Below, one piece after another: positions 50,692-60,048 of a DNA stretch of 64,000 bases. Numbering within the stretch: position 1 is the stretch's first letter; the number at the start of each line of letters is the position of its first letter. The notes beneath the pieces are model-generated. The model had not been told where the DNA came from and searched no databases. It worked only from the letters and a program-made list of their open reading frames with translations. Made by a program: the position numbers and the translations under genes. This stretch comes from Thermodesulfobacteriota bacterium (GTDB taxonomy: Bacteria > Desulfobacterota > Desulfobulbia > Desulfobulbales > SURF-16), in NCBI GenBank assembly GCA_040755455.1, contig JBFMAY010000005.1, positions 1 to 64,000 on the forward strand, read 5' to 3'.

Positions 50692-50945
50692 TCGGGAATT
50701 GATAGTAGCTCAAAACCCGATCTGACCATTTTCAAAAGTAGATTTACTGATTTGACACTATCAGGAACCTCATTTTGTGCTTTTTGCTCTAACCCCCTTT
50801 TTTCTCATTAAAATCTGCAGATATTGATCGACATTGCCGGCTGATTGGAATAATAAAAAAGACGTTCCCATAACGCTTGCGTGAATTTTCATGGGCAGCT
50901 TTTATCTTCCTGCGCTATGCCTTCTTTTTTTGCAGAGGGGGGAAA

Positions 50946-53081
50946 ATGTTAATATTACCCGATGATTTTGCCGACAACGATCTGATCGGCCATAAAGATT
51001 ATTGTGACGGGCTGGTTGAAATGATCCGCACGGTGGAATCCCGCCGCGGATCATTTACCATTGGCATTTATGGCCAATGGGGCTCGGGCAAGACCAGCAT
51101 GCTGAAACAGATCAAGAAGGCCCTGGATGATGGGCAATCCACGGAACCCCCGCCAATACTTACGGTCTGGTTTAATCCATGGCAATTCGTTGCGGAAGAA
51201 CATCTGATTATCCCGTTTTTTCATACCCTGATCGCCTCTCTGGAAAAACAACAGGCCAAAGAATCAATAACAGAAAAAATTGCGGAAAAGCTGTCCACTT
51301 TTGTAAAGAAGATTGCCCATGTCCCCCTGGCCCTGGTCTATGGCATGGAGGCGGAGCTGAAAATACCTTTCCTGCTGAAAACAAAATTTTCTTGCGACAA
51401 GGCCATGAATTACCAGCAGAAAAAGGAGACTGCCATTGCCGGGGAAAGCGCCAGAGAAAATGACACCGCCATGCAGGCCGCGGCCCGGGATTACGAGAGC
51501 ACCTACTACAATCTGCTGCAGATTCTCCAGGACGCCGCCGCCGGTCTGGAGGTGAAGATTGCCGTCTTCATTGATGACCTGGACCGCTGTCTGCCGGAAA
51601 AGGCCGTCCAGCTCCTGGAAGGCCTGAAGGTGCTGCTGGATTTGCCGAATTTCGTCTTTGTCATGGGGGTGGCCCAGGAGGTCATCGAGCGGGGCATCCG
51701 GGTGCGTTACCGGGATCTCTACCTCACCGGCCAGCGGGATGACCTGCCCAATATTGAAGGGCAATATCTCGATAAAATCATCCAGTTCCCCTTCACCCTG
51801 CCTGCCGCCGACCCGGAGGCCTTGCAGCAAAACATCCTGGGCGAGCAACTGCAACATCTGGAAGGCGCCGGGCCATTTGTCCCTATGATCCATGAGGCCC
51901 TGGGCAACAACCCGAGGACCATCAAACGGTTCATCAACGCCGTTTCCTTTTCCCTGCACCTTGCCCGCAAAAAATCAGCACAGGACTTTCATCCCGAACT
52001 GTTGATCAAGACAAGTCTCATCGGCTATCTTTTTCCCTTGCTCTACCGGCAACTGGAACAATATCCAAGCCATCTGGTGCGGCTGGAAAAAATCATCCGG
52101 GAAACCGAGGAGGAAAGAGACAGGAAAAAAAATGCGCCGGGGGAGGGATTTCTTGAAGGCCAGGGCCATCAGGTGCAAAAGACTGATCTGCCCATCATCG
52201 ACCAGTGGCTGGAGGATGACAAAATCAGTAAGCTGCTGCCGGTTTTAAAAATCCGGGCATCTGCCGGGGAAACCGGCTTTAATGACCCGCAAACGGTAAA
52301 AAAGTATGTCCGCTTGCTGGCCACTTCCCTGCAGTCGGAAGTCACCGCCAAGGCCAGGGACTCCCGGACAGCAAATAAATCGCTTCCTGAGCAGATGCGG
52401 GACCGCATGGTTCTCATCAAGGGTGGGGAATTTCAAATGGGTGATGAGGAAACCGGCCGGGTGCTCGTGACGTTAAGCCCCTTCCTGATGGATAAATATC
52501 CGGTCACCCAGGCCCTCTATGAGCAGGTCATGAACAAGAACCCCAGCCGTTTCAAAGGGGAAGATCGGCCGGTGGAGACGGTGAGCTGGTTTGACGCCGT
52601 GGAGTTCTGCAATGAACTCTCCCGCCAGACCGGCCTGGAGCCGGCCTACGGGATGGCCGGTGAGCAGGTGACAAGAAAGCTCAAGGCAAACGGCTACCGG
52701 CTGCCCACCGAGGCGGAGTGGGAGTATGCCTGCCGGGCCGGGACCACGGACGACCGCTATGGCGAGCTGGATGACATTGCCTGGTATGATGAGAATTCAG
52801 GGGGGGAGAGCCACGGGGTCGGGCAGAAGCAGGCCAACGGTTTCGGCCTCTATGACATGCTGGGCAATGTCTGGGAGTGGTGCCAGGACTGGTATGGCGG
52901 CTACCCCAGGGAACCGGTGACTGATCCCGCTGGTGCTGGACAGGGCTCATACCGCGTGTTTCGCGGCGGCTGCTGGTACGGCAATGCCAGGTTCGTGCGC
53001 GCGGCGATCCGCTACTGGTTTACGCCGGACGACCGCAGCGACTTCCTGGGCTTCCGGCTTGTCCTGCCCCCAGGTCAGTGA
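50946..53081 (+). CDS. KAP-family P-loop NTPase fused to FGE-sulfatase/CLec domain
   Basis: GIYGQWGSGKTS, FNPWQF, VFIDDLDRC, YLDKIIQFPF.LP, NPRTIKRFIN; then F.MG, YPVTQ, PVE.VSW.DA, RLPTEAEWEYACR, GLYDMLGNVWEWC, RGG.W, GFRL. Confidence 0.92.
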   Translation: MLILPDDFADNDLIGHKDYCDGLVEMIRTVESRRGSFTIGIYGQWGSGKTSMLKQIKKALDDGQSTEPPPILTVWFNPWQFVAEEHLIIPFFHTLIASLEKQQAKESITEKIAEKLSTFVKKIAHVPLALVYGMEAELKIPFLLKTKFSCDKAMNYQQKKETAIAGESARENDTAMQAAARDYESTYYNLLQILQDAAAGLEVKIAVFIDDLDRCLPEKAVQLLEGLKVLLDLPNFVFVMGVAQEVIERGIRVRYRDLYLTGQRDDLPNIEGQYLDKIIQFPFTLPAADPEALQQNILGEQLQHLEGAGPFVPMIHEALGNNPRTIKRFINAVSFSLHLARKKSAQDFHPELLIKTSLIGYLFPLLYRQLEQYPSHLVRLEKIIRETEEERDRKKNAPGEGFLEGQGHQVQKTDLPIIDQWLEDDKISKLLPVLKIRASAGETGFNDPQTVKKYVRLLATSLQSEVTAKARDSRTANKSLPEQMRDRMVLIKGGEFQMGDEETGRVLVTLSPFLMDKYPVTQALYEQVMNKNPSRFKGEDRPVETVSWFDAVEFCNELSRQTGLEPAYGMAGEQVTRKLKANGYRLPTEAEWEYACRAGTTDDRYGELDDIAWYDENSGGESHGVGQKQANGFGLYDMLGNVWEWCQDWYGGYPREPVTDPAGAGQGSYRVFRGGCWYGNARFVRAAIRYWFTPDDRSDFLGFRLVLPPGQ
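52947..53081 (+). other. Putative DGR variable region (VR)
   Basis: C-terminal CLec segment whose non-scaffold codons (TAC, TTT, TGC, GGC, TTC, ATC, TGG, GAC, AGC) can all be derived from AAC/AAT/AGC/AGG by changes at A only. Confidence 0.6.
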
Positions 53082-53287
53082 GCCCGGCCAAGGAAGCGGA
53101 GCGCTCGCGCTATTTCCCATAGGCCTTTTCCTGCGGACCAAGTAAAACAAACTTGATCGTTTAATCCGGCCTGTTTTGGCAATCCAGGCATCCGGCCGCC
53201 ACATCATCGGCTTTCTTCCTGCACGCCCCGCAAAAAAAGATGAGCAAGGAAGAAAAGCCCAGCCAGGGCGGACAATTCCCGGCTGGA

Positions 53288-54526
53288 TCATTGCCTGCAT
53301 GGCGGCGGTGCGGCAAAGCGCTGTCTGATGGTGGCGATATCTCTTTTCCTGGCCAGAAAAAGATCCACCAGCTCCGGGTCAAACTGCGAACCCTTGCCCT
53401 TTTCCACCTCGGAAAAGGCCTGGTCCGCATCCCAGGCATTTTTGTAGGGACGCTCGGAGGTCAGGGCGTCAAAGACGTCGCAGATGGCGGCTATTCGGCC
53501 GGCCAAGGGGATTTCTTCCCGGCACAGGCCCCCTGGGTAGCCGGTGCCGTCCCACCGTTCATGGTGGGTGAGGGCGATGCCCTTGGCCATTTGCAGCAGC
53601 GGTGAGTCATTGCCCGAGAGGAGTTTGGCGCCGATGATGCTGTGGTTTTTCATGATGGCGAATTCCTGTTCGGTGAGTCGGCCCGGTTTGTGGAGAATGG
53701 CCTCGGCGATGCCCAGTTTACCCACGTCATGCATGGCCGTGGCATGGAAAATCAGCTGCCGCTCCTCTTCGCTCAGGCCAGCCGCCTCGGACAGGATATC
53801 GCAGTAATGGCTCATCTTGGTGATGTGCGGTCCGGTACAGCTGTCCCGGAACTGGGCGGCCTGGGCCAGGCGGTAGATCATTTCCAGCTGCATTCTCCAC
53901 AGCTCCTTGGTCTGCTGTTCGATCTTTCGTTCAAGTTCCCTATGCCGGCTGCGCAGCAGCTCTTTTTCCTGCTGCTCCTGTTCCTCGGCAGCCATCTCCA
54001 TGGTGACATCGGTCAGGGAACCGAAGGAGAGACAGATGTGGTCCCCGGGAAAAGATTCCACCACGGCCTGATCCTTCAGCCAGATGGCCGGCCGGTCTTT
54101 TAACGATATCTTGTAAACAGCTTCCATGGCGCCCCTGCTTTTCCCCTCATGGCGCAATTGCTCCTGGATGTGCTCCAGGTCTTTGTGATCGATGATCTTC
54201 TTGCTGATTTTTCCGCTGTCGGAACCGTAATGGTAGGTGAGACGCTGCAGGACGCTGCCCCTGAAGATCTCCGCCACTTCGCATGGCTGGCAGCCGAGGA
54301 GCTGCAGCAGACGGCTGCCGGCAAACTCATACCAGATGGATTTGCCGGAGTTTTCCCGCCAGGCGGAAATGTATGGGATGGAAGGATTGGCGTTGACGCT
54401 GAAACTGCGGAAGAGACTGATGGCATCGGCAACCCGTTTTTTGAGTTCGTTGCTGAACTCGCCTTTGAGGATGCGGCCACAGTAATCACGATCGAAAATC
54501 CAGTTGGAATCCTGCTGATTGCTCAT
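53288..54526 (-). CDS. HD-GYP phosphodiesterase with uncharacterised N-terminal (PAS-like) domain
   Basis: MHDVGK.GI, HHERWDGTGYP, DVFDALTSERPYK. Confidence 0.92.
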   Translation of the reverse strand: MSNQQDSNWIFDRDYCGRILKGEFSNELKKRVADAISLFRSFSVNANPSIPYISAWRENSGKSIWYEFAGSRLLQLLGCQPCEVAEIFRGSVLQRLTYHYGSDSGKISKKIIDHKDLEHIQEQLRHEGKSRGAMEAVYKISLKDRPAIWLKDQAVVESFPGDHICLSFGSLTDVTMEMAAEEQEQQEKELLRSRHRELERKIEQQTKELWRMQLEMIYRLAQAAQFRDSCTGPHITKMSHYCDILSEAAGLSEEERQLIFHATAMHDVGKLGIAEAILHKPGRLTEQEFAIMKNHSIIGAKLLSGNDSPLLQMAKGIALTHHERWDGTGYPGGLCREEIPLAGRIAAICDVFDALTSERPYKNAWDADQAFSEVEKGKGSQFDPELVDLFLARKRDIATIRQRFAAPPPCRQ

Positions 54527-54760
54527 CTGGTTCACCTCATCGTCAAATTGTTATGTAAATTATAGCAGCCGGTTTTGGCCGGATGTCAAGAAAATAAGAA
54601 GTTACAGGCAAATAAGTTGAGATTCCCGGAGCTGTGAGGTCTTTTTTATCTTGTGTTGGGAGTAAATGTGGTTTAATATATCAAATTTTTTGGTGGATTT
54701 TCCGGGGACAGTTTCGTCCCTGCAGGGATCGGCCATAAGAACATTTGAGTAAAAGCGGAT

Positions 54761-56551
54761 ATGGATCAGACAAAAATCAGGAATGTGGCAATCATCGCCC
54801 ATGTTGACCATGGCAAGACAACTCTGGTGGATCAGCTGTTCAGGCAGAGCGGCATGTTCCGCTCAAACCAGGCGGTTACAGAACGTCTCATGGATTCCAT
54901 GGATCTGGAGCGGGAACGAGGCATCACCATCGCCTCCAAGAATGGATCATATAAGTATAAGGATTACTGGATCAATATCATCGACACCCCGGGCCATGCC
55001 GACTTCGGCGGTCAGGTTGAGCGGGTGCTGCGCATGGCGGACGGCTGTCTCCTGCTGGTGGATGCCCAGGAAGGCCCCATGCCCCAGACCTATTTCGTGC
55101 TGAAAAAGGCGCTGGCCAATTCGCTGCCGATTATTGTGGTCATCAATAAGATCGACAAGCCGGCAGCCCGCTGCGAGTGGGCCGTTGATCAGGTTTTTGA
55201 TCTCTTTGTCAAGCTCAATGCGCCTGATGAACTGCTTGAGTTTCCCGTGGTCTATGCCTCGGCCAAGCAGGGCTATGCGCTGCGCGCCCTTGATGAAAAA
55301 AACAGCAACATGGATCCCATTTCGGCAATGATCGTTTCCGCCATCCCGGCTCCCACCGGCAGCAGCGACGCCCCGCTGCAGATGCAGGTCAACACCATCG
55401 ATTACTCGCCGTATCTGGGCAGGCTCGGCATCGGCAAGGTGGTGAACGGCACCCTGAAAATCAACAAGGATATTGCCGTGGCCCGCCGGGACGGCTCCAT
55501 TTCCCCCATCAGGATTTCCAAGATTTTCCGTTTCGAGGCCAATGAAAAAATCGCCGTTTCCGAGGCCACCACCGGTGAAATCGTTGCCGTGGCGGGCATG
55601 GATGACGTGACCGTCGGCGTGACCTTTACCGACCCGCTTAATCCCCAGCCCCTGCCGCTGATCGAGATCGATCCGCCCACCCTGTCCATGAACTTTGTGC
55701 CCAATGATTCACCTTTTGCCGGCAGGGAGGGGAAGTATGTCACCTCACGGCACATTGAGGAACGTCTGGCCCGGGAGACCCTGTCCGATGTGGCGCTGCA
55801 TGTGCAGCCCTTGACTGAGGGCGTCGGATACAAGGTTTCCGGCCGGGGCGAGCTGCACCTTTCCATCCTCATTGAGAAAATGCGGCGGGAAGGTTACGAG
55901 TTCCAGGTCACCAGGCCCCAGGTCATCATGAAGGAGGAAAACGGCAAACAGCTTGAGCCCTATGAGGAGCTGACCATTGATGTGGATGAGCAGTATCAGG
56001 GGGTGGTGATTGAAAAACTTGGCAAGCTGAAGGGCCAGATGCTGGAAATGCGCAACGAGAACAACATGGCCAAGCTGATTTACAAAATCCCCACCCGGGG
56101 GTTGCTCGGCTTCCGTTCCCAGTTCATGACCGACACCAAGGGCATGGGCATCATGAACTATGTCTTTGCCGAATACGGCCCGTACGCCGGCGATATCACC
56201 AATCGGGTCAACGGGGTTTTGATCGTCAAGGAGCCATGCACCACGGTGGCCTATGCGCTGTTTAATCTGCAGGAAAGGGGGCGGATTTTCCTCGGCCCTG
56301 GCGTTGATGTCTATGCCGGGCAGATCATCGGCGAAAATACCCGGCCCGCGGATATGGTGGTCAACCCGGCCAAGGGTAAGAAGCTGACCAATATGCGCGC
56401 CTCGGGCTCCGATGAGGCGGTCATTCTCACCCCGCCCAGGCTGATGAGCCTGGAAGACTGCATTGCCTACATCAACGACGATGAACTGGTGGAGGTGACC
56501 CCCGCTTCCATCCGTCTGCGCAAACGCAAGAACGGCAACTTTAAGCCGTAA
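54761..56551 (+). CDS. typA: Translational GTPase TypA/BipA
   Basis: IAHVDHGKTTLVD, ERERGITI, DTPGHADFGG, GRGELHL, KKLTNMRASGSD, ELVEVTP. Confidence 0.98.
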   Translation: MDQTKIRNVAIIAHVDHGKTTLVDQLFRQSGMFRSNQAVTERLMDSMDLERERGITIASKNGSYKYKDYWINIIDTPGHADFGGQVERVLRMADGCLLLVDAQEGPMPQTYFVLKKALANSLPIIVVINKIDKPAARCEWAVDQVFDLFVKLNAPDELLEFPVVYASAKQGYALRALDEKNSNMDPISAMIVSAIPAPTGSSDAPLQMQVNTIDYSPYLGRLGIGKVVNGTLKINKDIAVARRDGSISPIRISKIFRFEANEKIAVSEATTGEIVAVAGMDDVTVGVTFTDPLNPQPLPLIEIDPPTLSMNFVPNDSPFAGREGKYVTSRHIEERLARETLSDVALHVQPLTEGVGYKVSGRGELHLSILIEKMRREGYEFQVTRPQVIMKEENGKQLEPYEELTIDVDEQYQGVVIEKLGKLKGQMLEMRNENNMAKLIYKIPTRGLLGFRSQFMTDTKGMGIMNYVFAEYGPYAGDITNRVNGVLIVKEPCTTVAYALFNLQERGRIFLGPGVDVYAGQIIGENTRPADMVVNPAKGKKLTNMRASGSDEAVILTPPRLMSLEDCIAYINDDELVEVTPASIRLRKRKNGNFKP

Positions 56552-56578
56552 GAACCCTGGCATTTCAGCACAACCACC

Positions 56579-56610
56579 AAAACGACCCTGGCAGCAGGGT
56601 CGTTTTTTTT
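56579..56610 (+). terminator. Rho-independent terminator after typA
   Basis: aaaacgaccctg-gcag-cagggtcgtttt followed by a T-tract. Confidence 0.85.
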
Positions 56611-56680
56611 GGAGGAGCGGGTAGGAGGGGAGAGGCGGTGCAAGGGCATGGAGGATGATTTCATGCCTGCCAGGGATTTT

Positions 56681-58015
56681 TCAGGCCGGTGGGGTCATGC
56701 CCTTGTTCTCAAAGTTTACCTCCAGGGCCTGCTGGCGGAGAACGAGGATTTTATCAATGATGGCATTGATTTCTTTATCCTTAAACTCGGTCTTGTCGGC
56801 CTGCTCTCCCTGTATATCCTTGAAAAAATGAGCAATTTTCAATTCACCTGTCGGTTTTGCCGGGACAAAAAGCTCCTTTTCCTCAGTGCTGACCGGTAGG
56901 ATTTTGCCTATTGCCAGCAGCCGGGCCAGGGCGTTTCTGACGAAACTTTCGGACAGGCCCAGCCGGTTGCTGATGGTGGCTGGGCCGGACGGGCCATCGC
57001 CTCTGTCGAAAGCCCGGCAGATGGCAAGCAGCACGGCCAGGCATATTTTTTCCCTGCTGGCAAAGCTGATGTTTGTTTCAAATTCAAGGGGATGGAATTT
57101 ACCCGCGTTCTGGCAGGCGAAATTGATGATCCCGCCGAACAGCACGAGAAGCCAGGTCGTCTGCAGCCAGATCATGAAGATCGGCACTGAGGCGAAGGTG
57201 CCGTAAATGGCGTTGTATTTGGCCACCCCGATCTGAAATTTGATAAAGATGATCTGGGTTAGCTGCCAGAGGCAGCCGGTGATGGTGCCCGCCAGCAGGG
57301 CCGGGTAAAAGCGGACCGTGGTGTTCGGCATGATGATATAGAGCAGGGTCAGAATGAGAATGCTTGTTACCCAGGGCAGACTCAGGAAAAAGAGTTTCAT
57401 GGCCCCGGCGAACAGACCGATTTCCAGCAGTTTCTGGGTAAAGGCATGACTGCGCAGCGTGGTGGAAAGCCCCAGGGTTACCGCCAGCAGCAGCGGACCG
57501 ATGATGAGGATGGAAAGATAGTCGCTTGCTTTTCTGATGAAGGTGCGCGGTTTTCTGATGGACCAGATCTGATTGAACGAGTCTTCAATCTGGCCAAGCA
57601 TGGATATCGCCGTATAGGCAATAAACAAGAGGCCGATGGAGCCGAGGGCCGTTACATTGGTATTGTTGACATATTCGATGATTTTGGGGATCAGGTCGGC
57701 GGCGATTTCACCGCCAACAGCCTTTTCCAGCAGTAAAGGCTCGATCTTGTCCTGGATGCCGAAGCCCTTGGCAATGGAAAAAATCATGGCCAGCATGGGA
57801 ACGAGGGAGAGAAGGAAGGTAAAGGAAAGGGCCGAGGCATGGTTGACCAGCTGTTTGTTGAACGGGGCCCGGGCGGCAATGAGGCAGATTTTGACGATAC
57901 GGACCATGGGCCGTTTTGCCGGAGGCAGCTCAGATTCCCGCAGACTCCAGATTGAGCTGTGCTCAGGATGCAGTTGAAAAAGGTGTCGCATTGACGGTTT
58001 CATGGGATGTGGCAT
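56681..58015 (-). CDS. YihY/BrkB family membrane protein with C-terminal winged-helix-like region
   Basis: ASALSF..LLSLVP, IE.SFN.IW, YNAIYGTFASVP.FM.W; start estimated. Confidence 0.88.
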   Translation of the reverse strand: MPHPMKPSMRHLFQLHPEHSSIWSLRESELPPAKRPMVRIVKICLIAARAPFNKQLVNHASALSFTFLLSLVPMLAMIFSIAKGFGIQDKIEPLLLEKAVGGEIAADLIPKIIEYVNNTNVTALGSIGLLFIAYTAISMLGQIEDSFNQIWSIRKPRTFIRKASDYLSILIIGPLLLAVTLGLSTTLRSHAFTQKLLEIGLFAGAMKLFFLSLPWVTSILILTLLYIIMPNTTVRFYPALLAGTITGCLWQLTQIIFIKFQIGVAKYNAIYGTFASVPIFMIWLQTTWLLVLFGGIINFACQNAGKFHPLEFETNISFASREKICLAVLLAICRAFDRGDGPSGPATISNRLGLSESFVRNALARLLAIGKILPVSTEEKELFVPAKPTGELKIAHFFKDIQGEQADKTEFKDKEINAIIDKILVLRQQALEVNFENKGMTPPA

Positions 58016-59213
58016 GCCCCTGGTCAGAATTCGCGGATCTGTCAGCGATTTTCTGCCCGAGCTGATTGATGAGATATTGCGAAACCTCGTTTTTGGAGGT
58101 GTGGTCCATCTCCAGGAATGAAACCCCGATTTCGTACTGGTCTGCGCCCACGAGTGCAATGCGGACCACTGTGCCAAGCAGCAGCACCGTCGCGTTGAAA
58201 TCTTCAAAGGGAATCTGCAGCTGAATCTTGTTGCCGACGGCAAAACAGGGGTTGTCGCTCCTGAAAAGGATGCCGGTCAGGCTCAGGTTTTTCGCCTGTG
58301 CCGAGAAAGATTCGGTGGCTTCGTCGATACTGATTTTTTTGACGAGAATCTCCGGAGAAAAATCAACCCTGATATAGCGGCGTTTATTGGGCGAGTATGC
58401 CTGGATATTATTTTTTCCCAGGGATTTGGCCTTGAGGAGAGCCATATCGGCAAACCTGACGAGTTCTGTCGCGTCGCTCGTGTCAATGGGAAAATTGGCA
58501 AGGCCGCCGCTTATGGTCAGAGGAATACTCTTGCCGGCATACTCCAGAGTAAGATGGGCAATGAGTTCCCTGATCCTTTCAGCTAGGATGAGGCCGGTTG
58601 CCTTTTTGGTTTCCGGCAGGATAATGACAATTTCCTCGCCGCCATAGCGGGAGGCGATGTCTTCCGAGCGTATCGCGTCCCTGATGGCCTGGGAGAGATC
58701 TTTTAAAACGAGGTCGCCGGCAAGATGGCCATGGTTGTCATTGACGGCCTTGAAGTTGTCGATGTCCAGAAATAAAACGGAAAGTTCCGTGCCATACCTC
58801 TTGGCCCGGGCGACTTCCCTGACCAGGGACTCATCAAAATAGGCGCGGTTGTAAAGGCCGGTAAGTCTGTCATATTTGGCGCTGTTGATCGTGTTTTCAA
58901 AGATATGAATTTCAACCACCTTGGGGTTTTTCAGCGATTTGTGGATGGAACAGAAATAATCGCAGATGGCGGTGCGCAGGTTGACATTGTGGCCGAGTTG
59001 GTTGCTCATCTCCCGCCGGTGCAGACAGATCTCCCGCCAGGAATCCTCTGCTTCCTGCCGGCTGAGTTCGAGATGGGTCAGGACGTGAAATATCACCGGG
59101 AAAGCCTGCTGGCCGAATTCGGCGGCGACATCATCAAGGGATGTTACGAGTTTTTCGTCGTTATTTGAGTAATTGTAAAGACACTGCAGTATTTTGTTGC
59201 GGATGAGTTGCAT
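57963..59213 (-). CDS. Diguanylate cyclase with C-terminal PilZ domain
   Basis: D.LTGLYNR, DIDNFK.VND..GH.AGD, RSED I-site, RYGGEEI; PilZ RRYIR...NLSLTG. Confidence 0.9.
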   Translation of the reverse strand: MQLIRNKILQCLYNYSNNDEKLVTSLDDVAAEFGQQAFPVIFHVLTHLELSRQEAEDSWREICLHRREMSNQLGHNVNLRTAICDYFCSIHKSLKNPKVVEIHIFENTINSAKYDRLTGLYNRAYFDESLVREVARAKRYGTELSVLFLDIDNFKAVNDNHGHLAGDLVLKDLSQAIRDAIRSEDIASRYGGEEIVIILPETKKATGLILAERIRELIAHLTLEYAGKSIPLTISGGLANFPIDTSDATELVRFADMALLKAKSLGKNNIQAYSPNKRRYIRVDFSPEILVKKISIDEATESFSAQAKNLSLTGILFRSDNPCFAVGNKIQLQIPFEDFNATVLLLGTVVRIALVGADQYEIGVSFLEMDHTSKNEVSQYLINQLGQKIADRSANSDQGHATSHETVNATPFSTAS

Positions 59214-59365
59214 AAGCGGAATCTTTCACCTCTGGTCAAGAGTCTGCGGGGAAATGCACTGGTAGTTATTCAGCAACAACATGACAAGCTTGAAACTCAT
59301 AGCAGAAGTACTATAATATACCTGTTGGCTATCGCCTTATAAAAAAATGAATTTTTTTAAAACAT

Positions 59366-59719
59366 ATGGAGAAATTTGAAGAAATAGCCCGGATTGCCGA
59401 ATGGCTCGCCTTGCCGCTGGTCTATTTCGTTCTGCTCGTGTTGTTTCTTTTTTTTGTTGTGCGTCCTTTTTTTTCCCACATTTTCAATGTGGACCGGATA
59501 AATGCTCTCAGGACTTTGCAGGAAGCTGGGAAAGAAATGGAAATGGCCCAGCAGACCGACATCGCCCGGGATGAACAGGGTGCGGCGGGAGATGACCAGC
59601 CGGCTGAGCCGGCCCCTGGCAACAGGGATGAGCAGCAGCTCATGAGCAGGCTTGCCGAAAGTGATCCTGAAAAGGCCGGCAGTCTTGTCAAGCAATGGCT
59701 CAGGAAGGACCGGAGTTGA
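59366..59719 (+). CDS. Small single-TM protein resembling FliF TM2 + C-terminal tail
   Basis: TM ending FFVVRP, acidic linker, C-terminal LAESDPEKAGSLVKQWL. Confidence 0.7.
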   Translation: MEKFEEIARIAEWLALPLVYFVLLVLFLFFVVRPFFSHIFNVDRINALRTLQEAGKEMEMAQQTDIARDEQGAAGDDQPAEPAPGNRDEQQLMSRLAESDPEKAGSLVKQWLRKDRS

Positions 59720-59887
59720 GTGACTTTGCCATTGACGTTCTTCCATAAATAAATTTATATTTTTCGGATTTCATTATAACATTTTTCTTCTTGGGCAGAA
59801 GGCAATGCGGTATTTTGCCGTGTGCTCCATACTTCATCGTTGTTTCTGACCAGGCTTCATGAGAGCAAGGTTCCAAAAGGAGCTTAG

Positions 59888-59988
59888 GAGCCGTTACGAA
59901 ATAACGTGTACAATTCTGCCCGTTTCTTCACGGCTTCTTCTGCCGTTTTGGTTATCAGCATGACCAGGTTATTTTTTTTACAACGGCT
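59888..59988. mobile_element. ~100-bp dispersed repeat / MITE-like element, copy 2
   Basis: Near-identical to 9696-9795; ends ttattttttttacaacggct. Confidence 0.7.
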
Positions 59989-60048
59989 TATCGGCAGCGT
60001 GGGGATGGAGCTTGTTGAAACCATCCGCCGCTTGAACAGGTGCGCGCC

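Noticed and set aside
53082..53290. Search for a DGR template repeat or RT next to the KAP-CLec gene
   Set aside because: No AAC-rich copy of the VR and no RT-like ORF (no YxDD motif context) was seen here or elsewhere in the window.
58016..58243. N-terminal extension of the YihY ORF (and similar extensions at 28324-28395, 35462-35524, 50877-50945)
   Set aside because: They overlap neighbouring genes or lack RBSs; downstream starts with better RBS or domain boundaries were chosen.
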